Translations under genes and position numbers: made by a program
Notes under the pieces: model-generated
Told to the model about the DNA's origin: nothing
The model's database searches: none
The model's input: the letters and a program-made list of their open reading frames with translations, nothing else
In this document: positions 9,057 to 20,698 of the stretch, one piece after another
Layout: each line of letters starts with the position of its first letter
Numbering within the stretch: the first letter of the stretch is position 1
Assembly (NCBI GenBank): GCA_018652595.1
Contig: JABIBU010000027.1
Location: 4,416 to 68,415 of the forward strand
DNA: 64,000 nucleotides
Direction: 5' to 3'
Origin: Candidatus Magasanikiibacteriota bacterium
GTDB taxonomy: Bacteria; Patescibacteriota; Patescibacteriia; Magasanikbacterales; UBA922

Positions 9057-10391
9057 TTAGATCGCTTCTCCCAATGGTTTAGGCTTCACACCAGTATCTT
9101 TCATAACAGCTTTTTCAAACATAATTGCACCAACTACAGTGACGAGAATTACAGCTAGAAGTGCGGCAGCGGCCATGGTTTCATCAAGTACATTATTGGA
9201 AATAGCAACTGCTACAAAGACTAATCCAACCTCACCACGAATAGCCATAGCAAGACCAACTTGATGACCTTCATGCCTGTCTTTGAATAAGTATTTTACA
9301 AGGTATTTACCAATTAAACCAAGAATAGTAAATACTATTGCCCAGGCCCAGGCTTTTGGATTCATAATAGCTTCACGAGAAAGCATAGTACCAATGCTGA
9401 CTAAAAATCCACCAACAAAGATGTGGATATACCCTTCAATCTTTTCCCATGTCTCGTGTTTAATTTCATTATCAACTTTTGATAGTACTACACCAATGCC
9501 AAATGCACCAAGAACAGGTTCCAGACCAACAACAGCGGCTAGAGTACCACCCAGCATAAGAGATCCAAAGAAGAATCTAGTATAAGGTCCGGTAGTATTG
9601 GAATAATGTTTGTCTAAATATTTTACAACTTTGTCCGCAATACCTGCGCTCCACATGGCGTAAGCACCACCAAAGAAAGCAATAACAGAAACACCAAGCC
9701 AGACAAGGCTCATAACATCAAGACCACCAGCTTCACCATGAGCACCTACGGCTCCAGCAGCGGATAATTTTGCAAGAACTGTCAAAACCAAAACACCTAA
9801 AATATCATCAATCACAGCAGCACCCACAATACGGTTTCCCATGTTGGTCTCAAGTTTGCCAGCTGCTTTCAAAGCCTCTACTGACAGACCAACTGATGTG
9901 GCAGTGAATATACCACCCAAGAAAATTGATGGTAACCACTCCAAACCAATAACATAGTGACCAAGTGCAGCAAATGATACTAAAGGAATAAGAACACCAC
10001 CAAGAGCTACAGCAGTGGCAATACCAATATTTTTCTTCAAAAGTTCTAGGTCAAAATGAAGACCAGCTTCAAACAAGATGAAAAGTACACCAGCAAGGCG
10101 AGCAATTTCTACACCACTTGCGTATGGATCAATAACTCCGATCAAAGCTGGACCAGCGATAATACCCATGACAATTTTTCCTGCCATTGGAGCAATACCA
10201 AACACTCTTGCTAAGCGTCCACCAAAAGAAGCAAACACAGCCAAGAAAGCAATGTCTAATAAAATAGGCATGATCGTGTTAATTTCGTGATGATGGCTAT
10301 GAAGTAATGCTCCGCGCAAATAGTGCAAAGCAGTTGCAGCCACAACTGTTTCTACTGCAACGAGTAGAATTGTCTTAAGTTTCTGTCCCAT
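9057..10391 (-). CDS. CPA2-family cation:proton antiporter (NapA/Kef-like)
   Basis: About 12 TMs; LFEAGLHFD, ATSVGLS, GAAVIDDILG, RGEVGL. Confidence 0.9.
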   Translation of the reverse strand: MGQKLKTILLVAVETVVAATALHYLRGALLHSHHHEINTIMPILLDIAFLAVFASFGGRLARVFGIAPMAGKIVMGIIAGPALIGVIDPYASGVEIARLAGVLFILFEAGLHFDLELLKKNIGIATAVALGGVLIPLVSFAALGHYVIGLEWLPSIFLGGIFTATSVGLSVEALKAAGKLETNMGNRIVGAAVIDDILGVLVLTVLAKLSAAGAVGAHGEAGGLDVMSLVWLGVSVIAFFGGAYAMWSAGIADKVVKYLDKHYSNTTGPYTRFFFGSLMLGGTLAAVVGLEPVLGAFGIGVVLSKVDNEIKHETWEKIEGYIHIFVGGFLVSIGTMLSREAIMNPKAWAWAIVFTILGLIGKYLVKYLFKDRHEGHQVGLAMAIRGEVGLVFVAVAISNNVLDETMAAAALLAVILVTVVGAIMFEKAVMKDTGVKPKPLGEAI

Positions 10392-10562
10392 ATGTATATG
10401 TGGATTATGAATTAATAGCTATGAGTTAAGAATTGAATAGCCAATATTATACTCTCGTTTTAGGGAAAAAACAAGGGTTTTTGTGGATAACATCCACTAA
10501 TTCTAACACGAATCTACACGAATTTTAAAGTTGTCGATTAGTGTTAAGATTGGTGGTTTATA

Positions 10563-10636
10563 ACAAAAAACTCACCAATCTCCTTGTTTATCTGCTAATT
10601 TACTTAGCAAGTAAACAAGTGCGGTGAGTTTTTTGT
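10563..10636. terminator. Long imperfect hairpin, probable bidirectional terminator
   Basis: ACAAAAAACTCACC...CTTGTTTA.CTGCTA/TAGCAAGTAAACAAG...GGTGAGTTTTTTGT. Confidence 0.6.
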
Positions 10637-10679
10637 CCCTCGTTCGCAAGTGCCCTGTCTGTATTGAGGAAAAATTATG

Positions 10680-10931
10680 TCATCCATACTTGACATTGCT
10701 CACGATATCACTACAACAGGGGCCTGTGGGTCCGAATCTTACTCCGTCTATGTTTTGAGAACAATGACCCCATCTTTCACAGGGGTTAGAGAAATCCTGT
10801 GGATCGAAGTTTCGATTCTGGTTAGTCTCACCCAAAAACCACCACTTCAGAAATGTTCTGAAATCAAAACATTTCATGAGCTCTGGATATTTACCAGCGT
10901 ACCAGTTATACCTTCGTTGGTTTTCAGTCAT
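10680..10931 (-). CDS. Orphan Cys/Trp-rich protein (83 aa)
   Basis: Start overlaps the end of the upstream ORF, suggesting translational coupling. Confidence 0.5.
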   Translation of the reverse strand: MTENQRRYNWYAGKYPELMKCFDFRTFLKWWFLGETNQNRNFDPQDFSNPCERWGHCSQNIDGVRFGPTGPCCSDIVSNVKYG

Positions 10932-11190
10932 CTTCGCTCTCCTTTTTGGATTGTTCTTTCAATCTAGCGAGTTCTTCAATTCTTTCTGCTCTCTTTTTCG
11001 GAGACATTTTTCCAGAACCGTCACAGGTATAACATTTTGTATACTCGGCCATTCTCCAGCCGCCTGTTTCATCAGTCCTCTGTCGTCCTTCTGAGGTCAT
11101 CACGATGCGCTCACCATGACAAACCATGCAGATATCACAAATTTGAATTTGTGAGCACTTTGAACATAATATTCCACGATAACACTCCAT
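10924..11190 (-). CDS. Small zinc-finger protein with DnaJ-like CxxCxG motifs
   Basis: CSKC, CDIC, CMVCHG, CYTCDGSG; SD AGGGAG upstream. Confidence 0.7.
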   Translation of the reverse strand: MECYRGILCSKCSQIQICDICMVCHGERIVMTSEGRQRTDETGGWRMAEYTKCYTCDGSGKMSPKKRAERIEELARLKEQSKKESEDD

Positions 11191-11260
11191 TGAAAACTCC
11201 CTTAGTTTACGACTTCAATAATGAAGTCAAATCGTGTTTGTAACTACTAGACTCAACCTA

Positions 11261-11300
11261 AGCATATCATAAAAGCTCCCATCTGTCAATGAGAGCTTTT
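11261..11300 (-). promoter_or_regulatory. sigma70 promoter overlapping the atp operon terminator hairpin
   Basis: Minus strand TTGACA (11289-11284), 17 nt, TATGCT (11266-11261); the -35 sits inside the AAAAGCTC...GAGCTTTT hairpin. Confidence 0.6.
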
Positions 11301-11318
11301 TAAATGGCTTACTTAATT

Positions 11319-11747
11319 TTATTTTACATTCTTATATTTCTTCCCCACTTTAATCCTATTCATCTCCCTATCAATTACAGCTTGTAATTTTGCGAAATCA
11401 ATATTTTCTTCTGTCTTGGCTTTTTCTAATTCCTTTTCAGCACGTTTTCTAGCTTCCTCAGCTCGTTCTAGATCAATCTCTTCTGCTCTCTCAGCATTGT
11501 CAGCTAAAATTACAATTTCATTATTATCGCGCACTTCCAAAAAACCACCAGCGACGGCTAGGACATGTTCACCATCTTTGTCCGTAATCTTGATCTCACC
11601 AGCTTGTAATACAGAAACTAGTGGTATGTGATTTGGTAGAATTGTAACTTCACCAGAGGTTGTAGGGATAGAAGCTTGTTTTATTTCATCTTCGTATACA
11701 ACTTTCTCAGGTGTTGCTATCTTAAATTGTAGTATGTTGTCACTCAT
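11319..11747 (-). CDS. atpC: ATP synthase epsilon subunit
   Basis: IATPE, G...ILPNHIPL, AVAGGFLEV; operon position. Confidence 0.95.
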   Translation of the reverse strand: MSDNILQFKIATPEKVVYEDEIKQASIPTTSGEVTILPNHIPLVSVLQAGEIKITDKDGEHVLAVAGGFLEVRDNNEIVILADNAERAEEIDLERAEEARKRAEKELEKAKTEENIDFAKLQAVIDREMNRIKVGKKYKNVK

Positions 11748-11751
11748 AAAA

Positions 11752-11845
11752 AATTAGTTCTGATTAGTTTAATCCGTTAAATCTCTGTATCTATAAACGT
11801 TAATAGATACACGAATTAAACTAATCTAACGAATATTAACGAATT
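11752..11845. repeat. Family A element with arms in the opposite arrangement
   Basis: ATCTCTGTATCTAT / ATAGATACACGAATTAAACTAATCTAAC; nearly identical to 23271-23312. Confidence 0.8.
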
Positions 11846-13219
<1,374 letters not shown>

Positions 13220-13243
13220 TTATTTATAAGTTTATTTTTTTAA

Positions 13244-14203
13244 TTACTCTAAAGCTGCGGCCCCACCAGCAATCTCAGCAATTTCTTGTGTGATAGCGGC
13301 TTGACGTGCTTTGTTAAATGTTAAATTTAGTTCTTTTATCATATCTTCTGCTGCATCAGATGCATTCCTCATGGCCATCATACGAGCACTGTGTTCACTG
13401 GCACTACTTTCTAATACTGCTTGATAGACCTGTGTCTCAACAAGTCGTGGTAGAATAGTTTCTAGCACTTCGCTTTTACTTGGTTCAAAAACATAGTCTG
13501 CGATTTCTTTCTTTTCTTCATTTTCTTTATCCTTTGCATCTTTGTCAGAACCCAACTCCCCAATCATTTTTTCTATATCTGTTTCCGAGACTGGTAAAAC
13601 CTGACGGAACTTTGCTACTTGTGCTATTGCAGATTTGAAATCAGTATAAGCTACTACTACTTTATCATAATTACCCTTCGTATATTCATCAATAATCATC
13701 TGAGAGATCGGCATTATAGCATCTAGCTTTGGTGTGTCGGAAAACTCACTGTATGATGCAATCAGATTATAGTTATTTTTCTTAGCAAAATCAGCGCCTT
13801 TTTTCCCAATTCCGATTACATCAATCTCTACTTCTTCACTTGCTTCCATATCACCCATTTCAGTACGTTGACGACTAATGTTTTTTGGATCTTTTAATTG
13901 TGCGGAAGTCTTTCTAATAATATTAGAATTAAAACTACCACAAAGACCTCGATTTGATGTGATTAGAACTACTAATAATTTCTTTACTGGACGCACATCT
14001 AATAGAGGTAATTTTTCTTTTTGTACTTTTGAAAGACTTACAAGCAAATCCCAAGCCATCGTAGCATAAGTACGAGTATTCAAGGCTGCTTCTGTTGCTT
14101 TTCTCATCTTTGCAGCGGCCACCATTTCCATAGCTTTGGTAATCTTTTTTGTATTACCAACGGATTTGATTCTAGATTTTATTGCTTTGGTATTGACTCC
14201 CAT
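13244..14203 (-). CDS. atpG: ATP synthase gamma subunit
   Basis: KITKAMEMVAAAK, RGLCGSFN, RQAAITQEIAEI. Confidence 0.97.
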   Translation of the reverse strand: MGVNTKAIKSRIKSVGNTKKITKAMEMVAAAKMRKATEAALNTRTYATMAWDLLVSLSKVQKEKLPLLDVRPVKKLLVVLITSNRGLCGSFNSNIIRKTSAQLKDPKNISRQRTEMGDMEASEEVEIDVIGIGKKGADFAKKNNYNLIASYSEFSDTPKLDAIMPISQMIIDEYTKGNYDKVVVAYTDFKSAIAQVAKFRQVLPVSETDIEKMIGELGSDKDAKDKENEEKKEIADYVFEPSKSEVLETILPRLVETQVYQAVLESSASEHSARMMAMRNASDAAEDMIKELNLTFNKARQAAITQEIAEIAGGAAALE

Positions 14204-14205
14204 AA

Positions 14206-15690
14206 TTATTTTTTAAATTCACTACAGGCATCAGCTAATTCTTTCTCAATTTTTTCATCCCATTCCCCTGCTGTTAACTTATCTAGTAAAGTTCGTTTTG
14301 ATTTGTTCATGAATTCAATAAGTTTAATCTCAGTAGCTGATACATCTTTTACTTCTACATCATCAAATACACCGTTGTTTACAGCATAGATAACAGCAAC
14401 TTGGTTTTCTACTGCCATTGGAGTGTATTGAGGTTGTTTCATGATTTCTGTAATTCTATACCCTCTTTCAATTTGTTTTCTAGTATCTTCGTCAAGGTCA
14501 CTAGCAAACTGGGCAAAAGCTTCTAATTCGCGGAACTGTGCCATGTCTAGCTTGGTTTTACCAGCTACTTTTTTCATTGGTTTGATCTGAGCAGCTCCAC
14601 CCACACGGGATACTGAAAGACCAATACCAATAGCTGGACGAATACCTTTGTAAAATAAATCTGTTTCCAAGAAAATCTGACCATCAGTAATAGAAATTAC
14701 GTTTGTTGGAATATATGCAGTCAAATCCCCTGCTTGAGTCTCAATAATTGGCAACGCTGTGATAGAACCGCCACCAGCTTCTTCACTAAGCTTACAAGCG
14801 CGTTCCAAAAGACGTGAATGTAGATAAAACACATCACCTGGATAAGCTTCACGTCCTGGTGGACGACGAAGTAAAAGTGAAATTTCACGATAAGCCCAAG
14901 CTTGCTTAGTCAAATCATCATATACTACTAAAACATCTTCGCCTTTGTCAGCAAAATACTCCGCAATAGACACACCAGCATATGGAGCAATAAATGACAT
15001 GGAAGCTGCGTCTGATGCGCCAGCTACGACTACAGTTGTGTATTCCATAGCACCAGTTTCTTCTAGTTTGGCTACGATACGAGCAACTTTGGATTCTTTT
15101 TGACCAACCGCTACATAGACACACTTCATGTTCTGGCCTTTTTGGTTGATAATAGCATCAATTGCAATTGCAGTCTTACCAGTCTGTCTGTCACCAATAA
15201 TAAGCTCACGTTGACCACGACCAATAGGGATCATAGCATCAACAGATTTAATACCAGTTTGCACAGGTTCGTGCACTGGATGACGTTTCATTACGCCAGG
15301 AGCAATCTTTTCTACTGGATAGAATTGTTTAGTCTTAATCTCGCCTTTACCATCAATTTCTTGACCAAGAGCATTTACTACACGACCAATCATTTGCTCT
15401 CCAACAGGAACAGATAAAATACGACCAGTACGCTTCACTGTATCGCCTTCTTTAATTCCTTTATATTCACCCAAGATCATAGCACCAACAGTCTCTTCTT
15501 CTAGATTCAAAGCCACGCCCATGATTCCACCTGTGAATTCAAGCATCTCTTGAGCCTGGCAATTATTTAGACCACTCATACGAGCAATACCATCACCAAC
15601 TTCGATAACAGTACCAACTTCTTCCACTTCGACTGACTTTTCAAAATCAGCAATATGCTTCTTTAGTTGTTCAACAATAGTATTAGACAT
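14206..15690 (-). CDS. atpA: ATP synthase alpha subunit
   Basis: [31 protein letters not shown]. Confidence 0.98.
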   Translation of the reverse strand: MSNTIVEQLKKHIADFEKSVEVEEVGTVIEVGDGIARMSGLNNCQAQEMLEFTGGIMGVALNLEEETVGAMILGEYKGIKEGDTVKRTGRILSVPVGEQMIGRVVNALGQEIDGKGEIKTKQFYPVEKIAPGVMKRHPVHEPVQTGIKSVDAMIPIGRGQRELIIGDRQTGKTAIAIDAIINQKGQNMKCVYVAVGQKESKVARIVAKLEETGAMEYTTVVVAGASDAASMSFIAPYAGVSIAEYFADKGEDVLVVYDDLTKQAWAYREISLLLRRPPGREAYPGDVFYLHSRLLERACKLSEEAGGGSITALPIIETQAGDLTAYIPTNVISITDGQIFLETDLFYKGIRPAIGIGLSVSRVGGAAQIKPMKKVAGKTKLDMAQFRELEAFAQFASDLDEDTRKQIERGYRITEIMKQPQYTPMAVENQVAVIYAVNNGVFDDVEVKDVSATEIKLIEFMNKSKRTLLDKLTAGEWDEKIEKELADACSEFKK

Positions 15691-15696
15691 AATTTT

Positions 15697-16086
15697 TTAA
15701 TTACTTAATTTTAGTTTTAATTTATTTAATTGAGTTTTTAGACTTCCATCCAAAATCTTATCTTCTGTTTTTACTGTGATTCCACCCAGCAATTCCTCAT
15801 CTACCTCTTCACTTGCTTCCACTTTATCACCAAATACTTTCTTTATGCCATCCATGGTTGTGCTATCTAGTTTTTTTGCAGATTTTATCTCAATCCCAAC
15901 TATGCCTTCTGCTTTTTTAGAAATACTCTCAAACTCAGCTATAATATTTCCAATTTGTTTTAATTTTTGTTTCTTTGCAAGCAAGTCAACGAATCTTTGT
16001 AAAGCACCGTCAAGATCAGCGCCAGATAATTTTTCTGTTGCTTCAAAAAGCGCTTGGGCTATTTGTTTGTTTGTTAATTTTGCCAT
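15697..16086 (-). CDS. atpH: ATP synthase delta subunit (short form)
   Basis: AQALFE, VDEELLGG...ILDGSLK; between atpF and atpA. Confidence 0.9.
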   Translation of the reverse strand: MAKLTNKQIAQALFEATEKLSGADLDGALQRFVDLLAKKQKLKQIGNIIAEFESISKKAEGIVGIEIKSAKKLDSTTMDGIKKVFGDKVEASEEVDEELLGGITVKTEDKILDGSLKTQLNKLKLKLSN

Positions 16087-16088
16087 AT

Positions 16089-16679
16089 TTATTTACCAAG
16101 TTTTGAAATAGTCCCTTTTATTAGCTCCGCATCTTTTTTATCATCCAATTTTTCTTCCAAAATCTTTTCTACAGCAGCCACTACCAAATTTGCAGTCTCT
16201 TCTCTTAGCTCAGTCATCATTTCTTCTTTTTCAATCTTTATATTACGCTTGGCCTGGTCTACTACTAGTTCAATTTCTTTTTGAGCTTTTTCTTTCATCT
16301 TTTCAGTCAATTCAACACCTTCTTCTTGAACCTTAGATATTACCTTGCTTGCTTCAGACTTTGCATCGTCAATTCTTTCTTGAAATTTTATCTCAGCCAT
16401 TTGCAGGTTGGAATCAACTTCTTTGGCTTTATCAAGACTTTCGTCAATAAGCTTTTTACGCTCTTCTAAAGTCTTGGTAAGTGGCTTTAGAATTAAAAAC
16501 CAAATAATCACTGCTACTATTGCAAAATTCAAAAGCTGAAAAGCAAAGAGTTGTCCATTCAAACCTAGAGACGCTGCAACACTCTCATCACCAGTAGAAG
16601 CACCATGAGTGTCTACGACTTCTTCGTGAGTTTCTACTGCAGTTTCTTCAATATGTGTATTTTCTACTTCGTTTGACAT
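16089..16679 (-). CDS. atpF: ATP synthase b subunit
   Basis: FQLLNF TM then KPL...LEERK coiled coil. Confidence 0.93.
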   Translation of the reverse strand: MSNEVENTHIEETAVETHEEVVDTHGASTGDESVAASLGLNGQLFAFQLLNFAIVAVIIWFLILKPLTKTLEERKKLIDESLDKAKEVDSNLQMAEIKFQERIDDAKSEASKVISKVQEEGVELTEKMKEKAQKEIELVVDQAKRNIKIEKEEMMTELREETANLVVAAVEKILEEKLDDKKDAELIKGTISKLGK

Positions 16680-16742
16680 ACTATTTATATATTAAAATAT
16701 TTCAATTGAGCTAGACCTAACAAAGATCTAGCATGAATTGAT

Positions 16743-17117
<375 letters not shown>

Positions 17118-17906
17118 TTAGTGTTCCTCTGCACCATGTGGCGCACTACTGGCCACAGTCATATATACTATTGTAAGCATGGCAAATACAGCAGCTTGAA
17201 TCAATCCGACTAGCAATTCCAATAACATAAAAGGAGTTGGGACAAATGCAGCAATTAAGGCTGATATAACAGAGATTAAGACTTCACCAGCAAATACATT
17301 ACCAAACAGCCTTAGAGATAGTGATAGTACTTTTGCAATTTCTGATACTATTTCGATCAAGCCTACACCAAATTCAATAACAGCACTAAACACAGCAATG
17401 GGTCCTTTTTTAAAACTTAGAATCAGATTTTTTATTTGTACAAACTTTCCTAAATGTGTAAATATACCTACAGCAGCAAAAGCATATATATGGGAAGCAA
17501 TAACAGAGACAAGTGCCATCGCTACAGTCAAATTCAAATCAGTGTTAGCCGGTCTCAAAACCATAGTATGACCATTTGTGATACTTCCAGTACCAGGCAA
17601 TAGTCCTAGCCAATTTGATAACAAAACAAAGAAAAATATTGAACCAACTACTGGTAAAAATTTTATAGTCTTCTTTCTACTGCCAGTGACCTGGTCAAAG
17701 TAGCCCAATACAGACTCCAAGAAAAATTCACAAGTGTTTTGCAACTTTCCTGGACGCAGTTTCACACTTCTTTTTACAGCTATCCCGAGAATCAAAAAAA
17801 TGATTATCGCAAGCCACGCATTAATCATTGTATTGGTAATATTAATATTGCCGATTTGTGTTACGACTTCTGGTGCCAGTGTTGGAATGTGAATTTCTCC
17901 AGCCAT
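17118..17906 (-). CDS. atpB: ATP synthase a subunit
   Basis: SNWLGLLPG, SLSLRLFGNVFAGE, IQAAVF. Confidence 0.96.
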   Translation of the reverse strand: MAGEIHIPTLAPEVVTQIGNINITNTMINAWLAIIIFLILGIAVKRSVKLRPGKLQNTCEFFLESVLGYFDQVTGSRKKTIKFLPVVGSIFFFVLLSNWLGLLPGTGSITNGHTMVLRPANTDLNLTVAMALVSVIASHIYAFAAVGIFTHLGKFVQIKNLILSFKKGPIAVFSAVIEFGVGLIEIVSEIAKVLSLSLRLFGNVFAGEVLISVISALIAAFVPTPFMLLELLVGLIQAAVFAMLTIVYMTVASSAPHGAEEH

Positions 17907-17921
17907 ATTAATATTAAATCT

Positions 17922-18179
17922 TTATTTTTTATCTAAATTATTATATTCTTCACCATATTGCTTGGATTTTCTATAGATCATTTTTGCAGAAACTAGAGCA
18001 GCCAAAATGAAGGCAATAACAGTAAAAAGCGGTGTTTTTTCGTATCTTCCATCCAACCACTGCCCTATCAGAACAAAGACTATTACAGGCACAGCAATAG
18101 ATGCGCCAAAATCCCCTACAATACGTAAACCCATTAGTATATACTTCCTATCTGGGGAGTCTGGGGGTAAAAGTGACAT
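17922..18179 (-). CDS. AtpZ/AtpI-family ATP synthase accessory protein
   Basis: IGQWLDGRY..TP.F, two TMs; first gene of the atp operon. Confidence 0.8.
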   Translation of the reverse strand: MSLLPPDSPDRKYILMGLRIVGDFGASIAVPVIVFVLIGQWLDGRYEKTPLFTVIAFILAALVSAKMIYRKSKQYGEEYNNLDKK

Positions 18180-18354
18180 ATTTTTTACTAAAAAAGCCTT
18201 TTAATAGAGCGACCATATTTTACTATAATTTTCAAACTAAGTCAACAGTGTTTTAAAATTGGCTTGTTAATAAGTTATTCTGTACTTAAAACTTGATTTT
18301 ATCTTTAAAAAAGTGTATCATTATATGATTCAAATTCGATAGGAGGGGTACAAC

Positions 18355-18474
18355 ATGAAGATTTTGGATAAGGCAGTTACCGAGGTGGCAAGCACTGTAT
18401 TTATGATTGCAGTAATCGCAGTGGTAGTAATTCCTCAGATGGTTCAAAAAAAGCGAGGGAATTTGTCTCAATGA
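18355..18474 (+). CDS. 39-aa single-TM peptide (type I toxin-like)
   Basis: Promoter TTGATT-17-TATCAT (18293-18321), SD AGGAGG (18341-18346); MKILDKAVTEVASTVFMIAVIAVVVIPQMVQKKRGNLSQ*. Confidence 0.6.
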   Translation: MKILDKAVTEVASTVFMIAVIAVVVIPQMVQKKRGNLSQ

Positions 18475-18605
18475 GAGACTGAGATATTCCTCCTGGATAG
18501 ACTGTCAATCGTTCTGCACAAGGGAGAATAAAATCTCCCAAGAGTGGACGACTTAACCTAGTAGGGGCTCGAGACGAAAGTCCGAGCCCCGAGGAGATTT
18601 TCTTA

Positions 18606-19439
18606 TTATATAATTTTCGTAAATAACCTCTTTGCATTTTCAACTGTAACATCTCTAACTTCTTCTTCTGTAAGTACTTTTATCTCCGCAATTTTCTTGG
18701 CAACTTCCTCTACCATCCACGGCTCGCAACGCTCTCCACGATATTTTTGTGGAGCTAGGTATGGTGCATCAGTTTCAATCAGTATTCTGTCCAATGGGCA
18801 GTTTTTTATTACCTCTAAGAGCTGTTCTTGAGGTTTTGGGCTGGTTTTCTTGGCTGGGAAGGTCGCAATACCAGTAAAACCCAAATAAAGTCCTAAATCA
18901 AGGAATTTTTGAGCATTTTGCCAGTTTCCAGTATAACAGTGCACTACACCTTTTGTTTCCGGATCCAGTACTTCAAGTATTTCCTTATAAGCATCTCTCA
19001 CATGAATAACAAGGGGTAGATTATGCTTTTTGGCAAAATCGGCTTGCTTTATAAAAATTTCTTTTTGTTTTTTCAATACTTCTTCCAAGCTTTTATCTTT
19101 TGGTAAGTGAAATAAATCTATGCCACACTCCCCCACTGCGATTACTTTTTCTGACTTAGCAAGTTCACCATAATATTCCTCATCAAAATCTTCTTCGCGT
19201 GAAATAAAGCTAGACTCTTCTTCATCTACATGCGTTGGAAAAAGATGAATAGGATGCAAACCAATCGTCGCATAAATATTATCATACTTCTCAGCAAAAT
19301 CTACTGCTTTTTTACTAGTCTCTTTTTGTGTGCCAACAGTATTTAATATAGTATTTTTTTCAATACAACGCTTGATTACTTCATCATAATCATCTTTGTA
19401 AGCATTGAATTGGATATGACAGTGGGAGTCTATTAACAT
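18606..19439 (-). CDS. tatD: TatD family DNase
   Basis: IDSHCH, IGLHP, AVGECGID, IHVRDA, GVVHCY, IETDAPYLAP. Confidence 0.95.
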   Translation of the reverse strand: MLIDSHCHIQFNAYKDDYDEVIKRCIEKNTILNTVGTQKETSKKAVDFAEKYDNIYATIGLHPIHLFPTHVDEEESSFISREEDFDEEYYGELAKSEKVIAVGECGIDLFHLPKDKSLEEVLKKQKEIFIKQADFAKKHNLPLVIHVRDAYKEILEVLDPETKGVVHCYTGNWQNAQKFLDLGLYLGFTGIATFPAKKTSPKPQEQLLEVIKNCPLDRILIETDAPYLAPQKYRGERCEPWMVEEVAKKIAEIKVLTEEEVRDVTVENAKRLFTKII

Positions 19440-19530
19440 ATTTGTATATTGACTTTTTTTAAATTTATGACTATTATACTACATCGGCAAAAACAGCGCC
19501 ACTTTGATGGCGTGCAATTGGAGGGGGTAG

Positions 19531-19974
19531 ATGCGTATTCGAGAATGGATTGAGAGACATGCAACCTCAGCATGGCACGAGGATGTTTGGGAAAATCCCA
19601 CCAAGATGGGCTTATACGTGCACCTGCGCTGGTGTGTGTTCGAGCCGGGAATGGCCCACATCAAGGAAGGGTCTGTGATTCTCATGGTTGTGGTCGAACC
19701 GGGTGGAGCGATTACACGCTACACACACGAGAACCGCAACAGCTGCAACTTCGCCATGGCTTGGCTGGAACGAAAGCTGGCAAGGCAGTTTGGCAACTGG
19801 GATCACGACAACGGTATGCCCAAAAGAGTTCAGCTGATGGCGGCCAGGAAGGAGGAGCAGCACATTCCTGTGACCTTCCTGATCATGAAGAAGGGGCGCG
19901 ATCTGATTCCCAGTGTTAGCTATCCAAACAGACCAGACCACCCGGAGGACAGAATCGCCAATCTCGTCATCTAG
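19531..19974 (+). CDS. GC-rich orphan protein (147 aa)
   Basis: Promoter TTGACT-17-TATTAT (19449-19477), SD GGAGG, GC-rich codons, two 3' hairpins (about 19993-20010 and 20028-20054). Confidence 0.7.
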   Translation: MRIREWIERHATSAWHEDVWENPTKMGLYVHLRWCVFEPGMAHIKEGSVILMVVVEPGGAITRYTHENRNSCNFAMAWLERKLARQFGNWDHDNGMPKRVQLMAARKEEQHIPVTFLIMKKGRDLIPSVSYPNRPDHPEDRIANLVI

Positions 19975-20065
19975 CGTAGGAGGGACCAAAAAAGGCGGAG
20001 GAGGCCGCCTATTGTTCATTGTTGGAGGAAGACCCTACGTAAAGTGGGGTCTTCTGTTTTATAGA

Positions 20066-20602
20066 CTACAAAATGGCATCCTCAACATAATCAACCCCAC
20101 TCTCTAATAATTTCAAAGCATCTGGTAAGAGTGGAATTAAAATAGCAGCTGTCGAAGTCAAGAATGGTGCCATAAAAGACCCATCAATATACCCCATAAA
20201 ATGTTCTGACAAAGGTACTTTGTCAATAAAATATAAAATTAAACCAAGCGTCAGAATTCCTTCAAAAATTCCGAGCATCATCCCCAAAAATCTATTTATT
20301 CCTTTTATAAATGGAAGTTTTGTTACTATGTCAGTAGTTTTCTCAAAAATCCAGAACCCAAAGCCAACTAATCTATTTATTACAACGAACGCAATAATAA
20401 ACATCACAACTTTTGGAACATTACCCTCCCAACCAGTTATGTTTGCTAGCCACTCACCCATTGGTTCATACCAACGACTAGCGAGAAATGCTCCGAGTAT
20501 AGTACCAAGTAATGAGCCCAAAGTATGTATGAGCCCAAACCAGAAACCGAACATTGCGAAACCAGAGATAATAATTAGTAAAATTACATCAAATAATCCC
20601 AT
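20066..20602 (-). CDS. cvpA: CvpA (colicin V production) family membrane protein
   Basis: FDVILL...GFWFGLI, INRFLGMMLGIFEG. Confidence 0.85.
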   Translation of the reverse strand: MGLFDVILLIIISGFAMFGFWFGLIHTLGSLLGTILGAFLASRWYEPMGEWLANITGWEGNVPKVVMFIIAFVVINRLVGFGFWIFEKTTDIVTKLPFIKGINRFLGMMLGIFEGILTLGLILYFIDKVPLSEHFMGYIDGSFMAPFLTSTAAILIPLLPDALKLLESGVDYVEDAIL

Positions 20603-20613
20603 ATAGTTTGTTT

Positions 20614-20698
20614 TAATACACGAAAATCACGGAATTTAGGGAAGACACGGAACACTATCCAGTGTTTTCCTTTTATTCTATATATTCTGTGTTTTATT
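20614..20698. repeat. Family A-related CACGGAA palindromic repeat
   Basis: ACACGAAAATCACGGAA...GACACGGAA and complementary TTCTGTGT arm; relatives at about 26085-26125 and 26199-26250. Confidence 0.55.

Noticed and set aside
10560-10640. Long hairpins after orphan cassettes (also 63779-63855) as integron attC sites
   Set aside because: No convincing RYYYAAC...GTTRRRY ends, cassettes are not arrayed, and no integrase; A/T-tract flanks fit terminators
18476-18592. Hammerhead ribozyme (CTGAGA...CGAAA)
   Set aside because: The CUGANGA core is not matched and the stems do not assemble; the GAAA is simply a tetraloop
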